A DNA stretch of 64,000 nt from an uncultured Candidatus Peribacteria bacterium (GCA_964554435.1 CAZKOO010000003.1:5252-69251), one strand, 5' to 3'. Positions 38,662 to 49,098 are shown, counted from the first letter of the stretch. Program-made: numbers and translations. Notes: a model not told the origin generated them from the letters alone.

Positions 38662-38805
38662 ACAGAGGAAAACCCTACTCCTCTCGAATGCAAATCGCAA
38701 GAGCTGGAGAAAGAGGAGAGATTGACAGAGTCGCAGAGCATGTGAGAAGTACACTCAGAGGAACTGTTCCATGCACTCTATTCTTCTGCTACACTCTACT
38801 CCCCT

Positions 38806-40350
38806 ATGCACTCTCTACCCCATCGTCGCGCACTTCTGTCTGTGTCTGATAAAACAGGAATCATCCCGCTTGCAAAGGCATTACACCATGCTGGCTTTGA
38901 ACTCGTGTCAACAGGAGGAACGCAGAAAGCACTCGAAGAAGCAGGGCTCTTTGTTACACATATTGAAAAAATTACACAATTTCCAGAGTGCTTTGGCGGG
39001 AGAGTAAAAACCATGCATCCACTTGTGATGGGAGGCGTGCTCTTTAAAAGAGAAGATGCTGATCATGTGTACGAAGCAGGTACATTTGGCATTACGCCAA
39101 TTGATATTGTCGTCGTCAATTTATATCCATTTCAAGAAACAGTCGCAACACTCACGGCAGAAGAGAAGTCACAAGAAGGTTTGTCCGCTCGAGTAATTGA
39201 GCAAATTGATATTGGAGGACCAACGCTTCTCCGAAGTGCAGCAAAAAATCACTCTTCTGTCACAGTGCTCTGCGATCCAAAAGACTACCAAGAAGCCATC
39301 GAACTACTCACTGAGCACAAAAACACCACACCAGAATTTCGAAAGCGTTGTGCGCAGAAAGTCTTTGAACACACAGCAACATACGATGCATGCATCGCGC
39401 ACTATTTCTCAAAAGGGGAAACTGATTGCATTCCTCTCACAAAAGGCACAACTCTTCGCTATGGAGAAAATCCACATCAATGGGGCACATTCTTTTCATG
39501 CGCCGACCAAAAAAATTGGATGCAACTCCAAGGAAAAGAATTGAGTTACTTAAACCTCTTCGATGGCGATAGTGCGTGGCGTGCAGTGAGTGAATTTACT
39601 ACTCCTGCTGCCGTGTTTGTCAAACATGCAAACCCCTGCGGCGTGGCAACACGTCCTACCATTGAAGATGCATTTCAGGTCGCCTACGACTGCGACAAGC
39701 TCTCTGCATTTGGCGTCATCATTGCCATCAACCGAGAATGTAACGAAGAAATTGCACAAAAAATCATCGATCAAAAAATGTTCGTCGAAGTACTCCTTGC
39801 TCCATCGTTCACACAAAAAGCGCTCGATCTCCTCAAGGAAAAAACAAATCTCCGCCTACTACAGATGAATGCTCTCTACGATGGAAAGAGCACACTCTAC
39901 CGATCGGTACCATCATTCTCTGGAATGATTGTACAAAATGATGATGATCGCGTGATTACAGAAGCGGACCTCACCGTCGTAACATCTTGCGCCCCAACGA
40001 CAGAGCAACTCAAAGATCTTCTGTTTGCGTGGAACGTCGTGAAACACACAAAATCGAACGCTATTGTTCTTGCAAAAAATGAACGAACACTCGGTATTGG
40101 CGCAGGACAAACAAGTCGAGTAGATGCTGTCTGGATTGCTGCAAAGCGTGCGGGGCAAATGATGGAAGGATCGGTCCTCGCGAGTGATGCGTTCTTCCCC
40201 TTCCCTGACTCTATCGAAGAAGCGGCAAAGCAAGGCATTAGTGCCATCATTCAGCCAGGAGGATCGGTGCGAGATAGCGAAGTATTCAAGCGAGCAGAAG
40301 AGCTTGGCATTGCAATGGTAACAACAGGGGTACGAGCATTCCGACATTAA
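38806..40350 (+). CDS. purH: bifunctional AICAR transformylase / IMP cyclohydrolase
   Basis: ALLSVSDKTGI..LA..L...GFELVSTGGT, GRVKTMHP, DIGGPTLLRSAAKN, ASDAFFPF.D.....A..GI.AIIQPGGS.RD. Confidence 0.96.
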   Translation: MHSLPHRRALLSVSDKTGIIPLAKALHHAGFELVSTGGTQKALEEAGLFVTHIEKITQFPECFGGRVKTMHPLVMGGVLFKREDADHVYEAGTFGITPIDIVVVNLYPFQETVATLTAEEKSQEGLSARVIEQIDIGGPTLLRSAAKNHSSVTVLCDPKDYQEAIELLTEHKNTTPEFRKRCAQKVFEHTATYDACIAHYFSKGETDCIPLTKGTTLRYGENPHQWGTFFSCADQKNWMQLQGKELSYLNLFDGDSAWRAVSEFTTPAAVFVKHANPCGVATRPTIEDAFQVAYDCDKLSAFGVIIAINRECNEEIAQKIIDQKMFVEVLLAPSFTQKALDLLKEKTNLRLLQMNALYDGKSTLYRSVPSFSGMIVQNDDDRVITEADLTVVTSCAPTTEQLKDLLFAWNVVKHTKSNAIVLAKNERTLGIGAGQTSRVDAVWIAAKRAGQMMEGSVLASDAFFPFPDSIEEAAKQGISAIIQPGGSVRDSEVFKRAEELGIAMVTTGVRAFRH

Positions 40351-40396
40351 ATGTCACTCTTTTCTTTCTTCCTGTTCCTCGCTATTCTGTACTCCC

Positions 40397-40936
40397 ATGA
40401 ACGATCGCATCATCCAAACAACCGGCTCACTCCTCCAATTCCTTGGCATTGAATACAGTGATATCACCGTCCATCAAGATGGTGAAATTGTACGTGTCGA
40501 TATTGTGGCAAAAGAACCAAGCCGATTAATCGGCTTCCACGGAGAAACACTCAATGCTGTACAACATCTTGTAAAATCGATTCTTCGCAGTGAATTAAAA
40601 ACAGAAAAAGCGCCATTTATTGTGATGGATGTAGATGGGTACCGCGCAATGCAAGAAGAGAAGGTTCGTAGTATTGCAGAGGCAAAGGCCGATTTTGTGC
40701 GTCGTACTGGTGCACGGGTCACACTCCCTCCAATGAGCCCGTACTTCCGACGCATTGTCCACACACACATCTCTCAAACACCAACACTCACAGATCTTAC
40801 AACCGAAAGTGTGGGTGAAGGAGAGTATCGACAAGTTGTCATTCGCCTCAAAAATGCACGCAAACAAGAAGAGGGTGGAGAAGAGCTCTCGCCTGTTCTC
40901 GATGAACATGATGATTTAAGTAATCTGGATATTTAA
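40397..40936 (+). CDS. jag: Jag/KhpB-type RNA-binding protein (KH + R3H domains)
   Basis: KH-like region LIGFHGETLNAVQHLV. R3H region LPPMSPYFRRIVHTHIS. Confidence 0.8.
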   Translation: MNDRIIQTTGSLLQFLGIEYSDITVHQDGEIVRVDIVAKEPSRLIGFHGETLNAVQHLVKSILRSELKTEKAPFIVMDVDGYRAMQEEKVRSIAEAKADFVRRTGARVTLPPMSPYFRRIVHTHISQTPTLTDLTTESVGEGEYRQVVIRLKNARKQEEGGEELSPVLDEHDDLSNLDI

Positions 40937-40966
40937 TCCATCATCTCTTTGTGTTTTCACAAAAGG

Positions 40967-41821
40967 ATGAGTATGCTGTACCTCCTTATGAGGAAGTGCC
41001 TCTTCCCTCTCAGCATCGCCGTCTTCATCATCAGTCTGATTGGATGGCACGAATATACGGTGTTCCCTGACGGAAACACTCATGTCCATTTTCTCGATGT
41101 TGGACAAGGAGATAGCACACTCATCACAACAAAGGAAGGGAAAGCAATTCTCATCGACGGAGGACCAAGTTGGGAAACAGCAAGCGCACTTGCGCGCTAT
41201 CGATCGCTCTTCAATCGAACGATTGACGTCATGATTCTCTCTCATGCCAACCTCGATCATCTCGCAAGTTTTCCTACTCTCCTTCGTTACTACCACGTTC
41301 GAACACTCCTCATCAGTGGCATTGGAGACAAGAGTGAGTGGTATCAGGCAATTCAACGAGAAGCGACGCAATCGGGAACAGCCATTCAACTTCTCAGCGC
41401 AGGACAAGCTGTGAAGATTGACGAACTCACGCTCGATGTTCTCTGGCCTCCCAAAACAATTGGTCGTGAATTTTTAGCTGATCTGAATAACGTTTCGTTG
41501 ATCTTGAGGATTGGTGATGGAACACATTCTGCACTCTTCACTGGCGATAGTGAAGAACGCGTGGAGAAGATTCTTGTGCAGAGTGGAGTCGATCTTTCAG
41601 CTGATATTCTCAAGGTTCCACATCACGGAAGCAAGACATCCTCATCACTCAATTTTTTGAAAAAAATACACGCAAAAGATGCGGTCATCTCTGTAGGAAA
41701 AAACTCCTACGGACATCCAAATAAAGATGTCTTAAGTCGCTATGCATCGCTTGGAATACGCGTACGACGCACCGATCGTGAAGGAGATATTTCGTACACA
41801 TGGTCACCGCAAAAAGAATGA
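40967..41821 (+). CDS. ComEC/Rec2-related metallo-beta-lactamase fold hydrolase
   Basis: VHFLDVGQGDSTLITTKEGKAILIDGG, ILSHANLDHL, LKVPHHGSKTSSS, ISVGKNSYGHP. Has an N-terminal TM helix. Start ambiguous (40949, 40967 or 40973). Confidence 0.8.
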   Translation: MSMLYLLMRKCLFPLSIAVFIISLIGWHEYTVFPDGNTHVHFLDVGQGDSTLITTKEGKAILIDGGPSWETASALARYRSLFNRTIDVMILSHANLDHLASFPTLLRYYHVRTLLISGIGDKSEWYQAIQREATQSGTAIQLLSAGQAVKIDELTLDVLWPPKTIGREFLADLNNVSLILRIGDGTHSALFTGDSEERVEKILVQSGVDLSADILKVPHHGSKTSSSLNFLKKIHAKDAVISVGKNSYGHPNKDVLSRYASLGIRVRRTDREGDISYTWSPQKE

Positions 41822-41852
41822 TCTATACTAGAGATCCTTTTCCTTTTCTTTT

Positions 41853-43118
41853 ATGTCTATTTGCTACTCCATTGATGGCGGAACATCACTCCATGGCACA
41901 GTACACGTGAGCGGATCGAAGAACGCAGCACTCCCACTGCTTGCGGGAGCAGCCATCATCAATGGTGTGACTACATTTCACAATGTTCCTGACCTTCGGG
42001 ATATCACCAATTTACTCACAATTTTTGAGTACCTTGAGGCAACAGTGACAAGAGACGGAAGCACTGTCACCATCGATGCAAGTACGCTTCAAAATAAGTC
42101 GATCCCCCATGAGCTTGTCTCAAAACTGCGCGGATCGATCGTGCTTCTTGGCCCACTCCTTGCGCGTTTCGGCACAGTGGAGATGGCGTATCCTGGAGGA
42201 TGCGTTCTTGGAAAACGACCAGTGGGTTCACACATCGATGTTCTCACACAGCTCGGCGCAGAAAATAAGGGAGATCACCAAACGCTCAAGCTCACCGGAA
42301 CACTTGCAAATGGTCGTGTGCTCTTTCCTGAATTTTCGGTGACAGCAACGGAGAATGCACTTCTTGCAGCAGCACTTGTCCCTGGTAAAACAACCCTCGA
42401 ACTCGCAGCACTCGAACCACATGTACTCGACGTTGTTCGTTTTATTGAGCAAGCAGGATGCACCGTGATCATGAACGAACCACATCAAATAATTGTGGAA
42501 AGCCCTGAGCATCTTCATACTTCCATGACACACACAATTATTGGAGACTACCTTGAAGCAGGAGCATTCCTCATTGCAGGACTCATTACGAAAGGATGTG
42601 TCACTGTCACTGGAGTCGAGAACGCCGATTTACGATCGTTCCTCCTTGCGCTCAAGCGCACAGGAGCTGTCATCTCCGAAGGAGAAAAGACAATCACTGC
42701 CGATGGAACAAAGAGCACTCTCTCTGCAACAAAAATTCAGACGAATATTTTCCCTGGTTTCCCGACCGATCTTCAAGCGCCATTTGGAGTGCTCATGACA
42801 CAAGCGAGTGGTGTAGGACGCATTTTTGAAATTCTCTTTGAGGGTCGCATGGCGTATCTCTATGAACTCGAGAAGATGGGTGCACATATTGAAATCTTGA
42901 ATGCGCATCAAGCACTCGTCATTGGCCCTACTCCGCTTCGCGGACGCACAGTGCAAAGCAACGACATTCGCGCAGGAGTTGCCATGGTTCTTGCGGGGCT
43001 GATTGCAGAAGGAACAACCACTGTCACTGATATTCAGTACATCGAACGTGGGTACGATCGCCTCGAAGAAAAGCTACGCTCTCTCGGTGCAAAGATTGTG
43101 AAGAAGGAGGGGGTGTGA
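41853..43118 (+). CDS. murA: UDP-N-acetylglucosamine 1-carboxyvinyltransferase
   Basis: VSGSKNAALPLLAGA, KLRGSI.LLGPLLARFG, GGC.LGKRP...H, FPGFPTDLQAPF, YIERGYDRLEEKL. Confidence 0.96.
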   Translation: MSICYSIDGGTSLHGTVHVSGSKNAALPLLAGAAIINGVTTFHNVPDLRDITNLLTIFEYLEATVTRDGSTVTIDASTLQNKSIPHELVSKLRGSIVLLGPLLARFGTVEMAYPGGCVLGKRPVGSHIDVLTQLGAENKGDHQTLKLTGTLANGRVLFPEFSVTATENALLAAALVPGKTTLELAALEPHVLDVVRFIEQAGCTVIMNEPHQIIVESPEHLHTSMTHTIIGDYLEAGAFLIAGLITKGCVTVTGVENADLRSFLLALKRTGAVISEGEKTITADGTKSTLSATKIQTNIFPGFPTDLQAPFGVLMTQASGVGRIFEILFEGRMAYLYELEKMGAHIEILNAHQALVIGPTPLRGRTVQSNDIRAGVAMVLAGLIAEGTTTVTDIQYIERGYDRLEEKLRSLGAKIVKKEGV

Positions 43119-43146
43119 TTGTACACAAGAAAATTGTGCGTATACT
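43119..43146 (+). promoter_or_regulatory. candidate promoter TTGTAC-16-TATACT for the R-M island
   Basis: Starts 1 nt after the murA stop. The -10 ends 9 nt before ATG 43156. Confidence 0.4.
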
Positions 43147-43155
43147 GTAGAAAGT

Positions 43156-45723
43156 ATGACTCAAAGAAAGGAAGCGCAGGCAAGAATTAAAATAAACAAA
43201 CTGCTAGAAGAAGCAGGATGGCGTTTTGAAAAAGATAAAAATGGACCAGCCAACATTCAGCTTGAGCCCAACATAAAGATCACAGATCTTGGTGATGATT
43301 TCGAGTATGAATCAAAGGGATATATTGATTTTCTTTTGCTTGATAAAGATGGACGTCCTCTTGTCGTGGTGGAAGCTAAGAGAGAGTCTATCGAACCACT
43401 ATCCGCCAAGGAACAAGCGCGTGCCTATGCTCGTACTGTGAATGCCCGATTTATTATTCTTTCCAATGGCAACATTCACTATCTCTGGGATACAAAACAT
43501 GGAAATCCAGAGACTATTTCGCGTTTTCCCACACAAGAATCAATTACCCAATATGAGACATATACTCCTGATCCAACGGAACTTGCAAATACTCCTGTAG
43601 ATGAGAACTACATTCTTGCATCGCAGATGCCGACCTTTACCAAAGATCCTGCTTTCATAGATGAATCAACAAGATCAGAATTTCTTCGAGATAATAAACT
43701 CAAACAAATGCGACCATATCAGGTACAGGCAATCAAAAATTTGCAGTCTGCAGCCAAAGAAGGTAAAAGTCGTTTTTTATTTGAGATGGCTACTGGAGCT
43801 GGAAAAACACTGATTTCTGCTGCCGTTATCAAACTCTTTCTATCCTCAGGTAATGCTCGTCGTGTCCTCTTCCTTGTTGACCGATTGGAATTGGAAGATC
43901 AGGCGCAAAAAGCATTTCGCAATTATCTTGGAAAGGATTACACGTCCATGATTTACAAGGAAAACAAGGATTCTTGGAGAAATGCACAGATCGTTGTCTC
44001 TACCATCCAAACATTTCTTGCAGGTGATCGGTATAGAAAGGAATTTTCACCAACAGATTTTGAACTTGTCATCTCCGATGAAGCACACCGTTCCATTGGA
44101 GGAAACAGTCGTGCAGTCTTCGAGTACTTCGTCGGTTACAAGCTTGGACTGACAGCAACACCCAAGAATTACCTAAAGGGATTTGATCAAGATGATGGAA
44201 ACACCCAGCGTGAGTTTGAACGACGATTATTTCTTACCACCTACACTACATTCGGCTGTAAGCCTGGAGAGCCTACTTTTAGCTATGGTCTCACGAATGG
44301 TGTGGCTGATGGTTATCTTATCAACCCTATTGTTGTCGATGCTCGTACAGAGATAACGGCGCAACTCCTTTCGGATGAAGGGTACGCGGTGCACACAGTT
44401 TCTGATGATGGCGAGGCTGTTGATGAAATATTTAATGAACGCCACTACGAGCGCAAAATTTTTAACGAAGAAACAAATGTCGCAATGTGCAAAGCATTTC
44501 TTGATAAAGGACTCTACGATCCAATGGCAAGGAAATGCGGAAAGGAATTATTCGGAAAGTCTATCATCTTCTGTGTATCACAACGACATGCTTCACGGGT
44601 CACCAACATCCTCAACAGGCTTGCTATGGAGAAATGGCCACAGGACTACGGCGGTTCATCTGATTTTGCTATGCAAGTAACGTCCGATGCTAGAGATGCT
44701 CAAAAGATGACAGTGAATTTTTCCAATAGGATGCTTGGAGGAAAAACAAAGAGCCCCGAGGGTTATGACTCCGATAAAACTCGTGTTTGCGTGACAGTTG
44801 GAATGATGACAACCGGTTACGACTGTGAAGATCTTCTGAACATCGCTCTTATGCGTCCAGTATTTAGCCCTTCTGACTTTGTGCAAATCAAGGGACGAGG
44901 AACGCGAAAATACATCTTTGAATGGTTTGACCATGAAGCAAAAGAATCGCATAAAAATCCAAAGGAACACTTCAAGTTTTTCGACTACTTTGCAACATGT
45001 GAATATTTCGACAAAGAATTTAAATACGACGAAAAAATCAAGCTACCACATATCAAGAAAATGCCTAAGGGAGGAAAAGAGGCAGTCGGAGAACATGTGC
45101 AGAGCGAGTTTGTGGATGAAGAGGGTAAGAAAATCTTCAAAGGTCCGATGGATCTCGCTACGTCAGATTCTATCCAAACTATTGCAGAAACACCTGTAGG
45201 CGCTGAAGGAATGCGCATTGACCGCGAAGGCTTTAAGCGCGCAGTCGCTGAAGATGTGCTCGCCAATGTCGAACTCAATGCACTATGGGGAAATGGGGAT
45301 ATTGTGGGGGCTGAGGAATACACGAAAAAGCATATCTTTGACAAGCCCCATCATTTTCTCAATCTTGAAAAAATTCGCAAGGCATTCAATGTTGATCGTC
45401 GTATTTCCATACGCGAGTTTCTGCAAGTTGCCTTCGGTCTAAAAGATGGATTTGAGATGAAGGATGATCTTCTGGAATCTGAGTGGAGCAAGTTCCAAGA
45501 AGTAAATGATGTCGATCAGGAACACTATGCACCTACAAAAAGCTTCTTCAAAGCATATATTATTGATCCAGAAGTTCGCACTATCATCGAGAAAAACACT
45601 CCTGCGCAATTTAATTTTTGTCACACCTTCGGGTTCGATGAATATGAAAAACTGAACGGATTTAAGAGTATTGTTCCGCAGTACGTAAAAGACTTTGTAC
45701 CTCTTAATACCTTCATGAGTTAA
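43156..45723 (+). CDS. hsdR: type I restriction endonuclease R subunit (HsdR), EcoEI-like short form
   Basis: N-terminal nuclease domain: INKLLEEAGW...YIDFLLLDKDGRPLVVVEAKRE. Helicase motifs: RPYQVQAI, MATGAGKT, ISDEAHRS, LGLTATP, QIKGRGTR. Confidence 0.85.
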   Translation: MTQRKEAQARIKINKLLEEAGWRFEKDKNGPANIQLEPNIKITDLGDDFEYESKGYIDFLLLDKDGRPLVVVEAKRESIEPLSAKEQARAYARTVNARFIILSNGNIHYLWDTKHGNPETISRFPTQESITQYETYTPDPTELANTPVDENYILASQMPTFTKDPAFIDESTRSEFLRDNKLKQMRPYQVQAIKNLQSAAKEGKSRFLFEMATGAGKTLISAAVIKLFLSSGNARRVLFLVDRLELEDQAQKAFRNYLGKDYTSMIYKENKDSWRNAQIVVSTIQTFLAGDRYRKEFSPTDFELVISDEAHRSIGGNSRAVFEYFVGYKLGLTATPKNYLKGFDQDDGNTQREFERRLFLTTYTTFGCKPGEPTFSYGLTNGVADGYLINPIVVDARTEITAQLLSDEGYAVHTVSDDGEAVDEIFNERHYERKIFNEETNVAMCKAFLDKGLYDPMARKCGKELFGKSIIFCVSQRHASRVTNILNRLAMEKWPQDYGGSSDFAMQVTSDARDAQKMTVNFSNRMLGGKTKSPEGYDSDKTRVCVTVGMMTTGYDCEDLLNIALMRPVFSPSDFVQIKGRGTRKYIFEWFDHEAKESHKNPKEHFKFFDYFATCEYFDKEFKYDEKIKLPHIKKMPKGGKEAVGEHVQSEFVDEEGKKIFKGPMDLATSDSIQTIAETPVGAEGMRIDREGFKRAVAEDVLANVELNALWGNGDIVGAEEYTKKHIFDKPHHFLNLEKIRKAFNVDRRISIREFLQVAFGLKDGFEMKDDLLESEWSKFQEVNDVDQEHYAPTKSFFKAYIIDPEVRTIIEKNTPAQFNFCHTFGFDEYEKLNGFKSIVPQYVKDFVPLNTFMS

Positions 45724-45724
45724 T

Positions 45725-46162
45725 ATGGAAAAAGCTTTTGATCAATGGAATATCGTGAAAAAACGACTGGAAGCAAGACCTATTGATCCATCGCTCTTCT
45801 TTTATGAGCGTGAAGTCTGGTGGTCATCTATTGGCATCAATATCGGGGTTGAAACAGACGGCAAAAACGAGCACTTTGAACGTCCTGTACTCATTCTAAA
45901 AAAGTTTAATGGACACATGCTTTGGGTCATCCCACTTACATCAAAGCAGCGTGACGGAATTCATTATTTGAAAATTACACATGACCGAGGTGTATCCTAT
46001 GCCTGCCTTTCACAAATGAAAACAATAAGCAGCAAACGACTATTGCGTAAAATTGGAATGATTACCGAGGATGAATTTGATGCAATTAGCAATCGTATGA
46101 TTGGCTACATTAAAAAATCGGACCCCGCTTTGGGCGGAGTCCTCGGAGGCCGAAGCCACTAG
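45725..46162 (+). CDS. PemK/MazF-family toxin-like protein embedded in the R-M operon
   Basis: REVWWSSIGINIGVETDGKNEHFERPVLILKKF...VIPLTSKQ...SYACLSQMKTISSKRLLRKIGMITEDEF matches the PemK/MazF fold pattern. The ATG lies 1 nt after the hsdR TAA. Confidence 0.7.
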   Translation: MEKAFDQWNIVKKRLEARPIDPSLFFYEREVWWSSIGINIGVETDGKNEHFERPVLILKKFNGHMLWVIPLTSKQRDGIHYLKITHDRGVSYACLSQMKTISSKRLLRKIGMITEDEFDAISNRMIGYIKKSDPALGGVLGGRSH

Positions 46163-46205
46163 TACATATATACTACCTCATTACACCCTTCCCTGTCAAT
46201 ATCTC

Positions 46206-48707
46206 ATGCTTACATCTGACACAAAACGTCACATCGATGCGGCTCGCCAAGTTTTGGTAGGTGTTGTGCCAAATCCTGCCGAACAAATCAATCAAATCAC
46301 CAATGCGCTGATCTACAAGTTCATGGATGATATGGATCAGGGTGCCATCAAGGCCGGAGGTCGGCCATCATTTTTTACTGGTGAATTAGAACGTTATGCA
46401 TGGACACGTCTTATGGACAGTAGAATCGGCAATCAGGAACGAATGAATCTGTATTCAGAAGCACTTCTAAAGTTTTCAGAGGCAAAACAACTACCAGAAC
46501 TATTCCGTGGAATTTTTAAATCTGCCTTTCTGCCCTACCGATCACCAGAAGTATTGGGGCTTTTTCTTCAAGAAATTTCCTACTTCGACTACTCACACTC
46601 AGAGGAGCTAGGTAACGCCTACGAGTACTTGCTCTCCATCATGAGTAGTCAAGGCGATGCAGGACAGTTCCGAACGCCACGACACATCATCGACTTCATT
46701 GTTGCCGTCGTAAACCCAACAAAGGACGACAAAGTACTTGACCCCGCATGTGGAACGGCAGGGTTCCTCATCAGCGCCTACAAACACATTATCGAGCAAC
46801 ACGACGGCAAGAACACCGATGGATCGAAGAACGAGGAGAAGCCGCTCACGCCAGATCAACGCCGAGCACTTTTCAGCAACTTTGAAGGCTACGATATAGA
46901 CCCCAGTATGGTGCGCATTGCGCAGGTGAATATGTACCTGCATCAATTTAAAAATCCAAAAATCTTTCAATACGATTCGCTTTCAAGCGACGAGCGGTGG
47001 AACGAAAAATTTGATGTCATTCTTGCAAATCCGCCCTTCATGTCGCCAAAGGGTGGCATCAAACCGCATAGTAAATTCAGCATTCCTTCCAGTCGTAGTG
47101 AGGTACTTTTCGTGGATTACATCATGAACCATCTGCGACCAAAAGGACGTGCCGGCATCATCGTGCCGGAAGGCATTATTTTTCAATCAGGAGCGGGGCA
47201 TAAACAACTTCGTAAAAATCTCGTGAATGATGGTCTTTATGCAGTCGTTAGTTTGCCATCGGGCGTATTTGCACCATACAGCGGAGTGAAAACGAGTATT
47301 TTACTGTTCAATAATGAGCTAGCAAAAAAAAGCCAAGAGATTTTGTTTGTAAAAATAGAGAGTGATGGATTCGATCTTGGGGCACAAAGAAGAATCAGCA
47401 CAAAAAATGATTTACCGATGGCTTTAGATATTTTAAACAAATGGAACACAGGTGAAAAAGTGGAAAATAAACTGGCAGTGTACATCGAAAAATCAAAAAT
47501 TGCCGAAAACGGCGACTACAATCTTTCTGGCGATCGCTATCGTGAAGCTACCGATTACACCAATGCTAAGTGGCCGATGGTTGGATTGGGGGAAATTGCA
47601 AAGTTTATTGATGATGGCGATTGGATAGAATCAAAAGATCAATCCGATGATGGAATTAGACTAATTCAAACTGGGAATGTTGGCATTGGTGAATATTTAG
47701 ATAAGGATGGGAAAGAGCGATATATTTCCAATGAAACATTTAAAAAGTTAAAGTGCACGGAAATATTTGAAGGAGATGTTTTGCTTTCACGATTGCCTGA
47801 TCCAGTCGGACGTTCTTGTGTGCTTCCCAAGCTAGGCGAAAGAGCAATAACCTCGGTTGATTGCACTATTTTTAGATTTAATAGCCGGATAGAAGCCAAG
47901 TATTTTGTTTATTTAACGCTGTCTGAAGAATACCAAACTAAAATTGATTCGATGCTATCAGGAGCTACAAGGCAAAGAATCAGCAAGGGAAACCTTCTTG
48001 AAATTAAAATTCCTCTTCCTCCTCTCGAAGTTCAGCAACAGATTGTAGAGGAGTTAGATGGCTACCAAAAAATCATTTCCGGTGCGCGGCAGGTGGTGGA
48101 GAATTGGAAGCCGAGGATTGAGATTGATCCTGAGTGGGAGAGGGTGAAGTTGGGGGAGGTTTGCAAAATCGAGAGAGGCGCATCACCACGACCGATTGAT
48201 CAGTTTATAACTGAAGACCTAAACGGATTTAATTGGGTAAAAATTGGAGATACAAAAAACGCTGATAAATACATTACTCAAACGGCAGAAAAAATAACAA
48301 GCGAAGGAGCTGAAAAATCTCGCAAAGTTTTCATTGGCGATTTTGTACTTTCAAACTCAATGAGTTTTGGACGTCCATACATAATGAAAATTGAGGGATA
48401 CATACATGACGGTTGGCTGCGTTTAATGGAAGATACAAAGAGGATCAGCAAGGATTATCTATATTACATTTTAGGTTCAGATATTGTGATGGAGCAATTT
48501 GAAAATGCTGCCACTGGCGGGGTTGTTAGAAATCTTAATTCTAAATTAGTTAGGAATGTAGTAATCCCTCTCCCGCCGCTTGAAACCCAGAAAATGATAG
48601 TGGAAAAAATCGAAGCAGAAAGGGTATTGGTTGACGCGGCAAAAAAGATGATTGGGATTTACGATCAAAAAACCAAAGAGGCGATTGCTAAACTTTGGGC
48701 AGAATAA
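46206..48707 (+). CDS. fused type I R-M methyltransferase (HsdM) and specificity (HsdS, two TRDs) subunit
   Basis: HsdM part: QFRTPRHII, DPACGTAGFL, ILANPPFMSPKG. It runs in one frame into two TRD-plus-conserved-helix units: WPMVGLGEIAKFIDDGDW...LPPLEVQQQIVEEL and WERVKLGEVCKIERGASPRP...LPPLETQKMIVEKIE. I prefer ATG 46206 to the track's TTG 46101. Confidence 0.85.
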   Translation: MLTSDTKRHIDAARQVLVGVVPNPAEQINQITNALIYKFMDDMDQGAIKAGGRPSFFTGELERYAWTRLMDSRIGNQERMNLYSEALLKFSEAKQLPELFRGIFKSAFLPYRSPEVLGLFLQEISYFDYSHSEELGNAYEYLLSIMSSQGDAGQFRTPRHIIDFIVAVVNPTKDDKVLDPACGTAGFLISAYKHIIEQHDGKNTDGSKNEEKPLTPDQRRALFSNFEGYDIDPSMVRIAQVNMYLHQFKNPKIFQYDSLSSDERWNEKFDVILANPPFMSPKGGIKPHSKFSIPSSRSEVLFVDYIMNHLRPKGRAGIIVPEGIIFQSGAGHKQLRKNLVNDGLYAVVSLPSGVFAPYSGVKTSILLFNNELAKKSQEILFVKIESDGFDLGAQRRISTKNDLPMALDILNKWNTGEKVENKLAVYIEKSKIAENGDYNLSGDRYREATDYTNAKWPMVGLGEIAKFIDDGDWIESKDQSDDGIRLIQTGNVGIGEYLDKDGKERYISNETFKKLKCTEIFEGDVLLSRLPDPVGRSCVLPKLGERAITSVDCTIFRFNSRIEAKYFVYLTLSEEYQTKIDSMLSGATRQRISKGNLLEIKIPLPPLEVQQQIVEELDGYQKIISGARQVVENWKPRIEIDPEWERVKLGEVCKIERGASPRPIDQFITEDLNGFNWVKIGDTKNADKYITQTAEKITSEGAEKSRKVFIGDFVLSNSMSFGRPYIMKIEGYIHDGWLRLMEDTKRISKDYLYYILGSDIVMEQFENAATGGVVRNLNSKLVRNVVIPLPPLETQKMIVEKIEAERVLVDAAKKMIGIYDQKTKEAIAKLWAE

Positions 48708-48708
48708 T

Positions 48709-49098
48709 ATGGCTACAATTCCTCTTCATTATCCGGCTGGGTGTACAGACGAACAAATTCAATCTTTTATCACTGAAAGCTCGAAGGAAATGGTCTCTGC
48801 TTACGAAGATCCTACTATGATAGTACGGTCTAATCCAATAATCTCTCTCGGAGAATTTGAATTACAAAAAAGGATTATTCAGGGATTACATTCAGAAATA
48901 CAAAAACAATCAGAATCTTCAAAAAGAACTGAAAGATCTTCATGGAGAATATCTGTAGCAGCTTTAATCCTGTCTATTGTATCAATTGGAATTACAATTT
49001 ATTTTTCTCATCAATCAGATACACAAAATGAGGCATGGCAAAAAACTCAAATTGATCTGCTTCAGAAACTAATTGATAAACCTCAGTTCCCACGATGA
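48709..49098 (+). CDS. hypothetical small protein with C-terminal TM helix
   Basis: The ATG lies 1 nt after the TAA of the M-S gene. TM helix ISVAALILSIVSIGITIYF. AT-rich. Confidence 0.5.
   Translation: MATIPLHYPAGCTDEQIQSFITESSKEMVSAYEDPTMIVRSNPIISLGEFELQKRIIQGLHSEIQKQSESSKRTERSSWRISVAALILSIVSIGITIYFSHQSDTQNEAWQKTQIDLLQKLIDKPQFPR

Noticed and set aside
46101-46205. TTG-initiated 35-codon N-terminal extension of the HsdM-S gene overlapping the MazF-like gene
   Set aside because: ATG 46206 begins the conserved HsdM N-terminus (MLTSDTKRHIDAARQVL) and removes the overlap.
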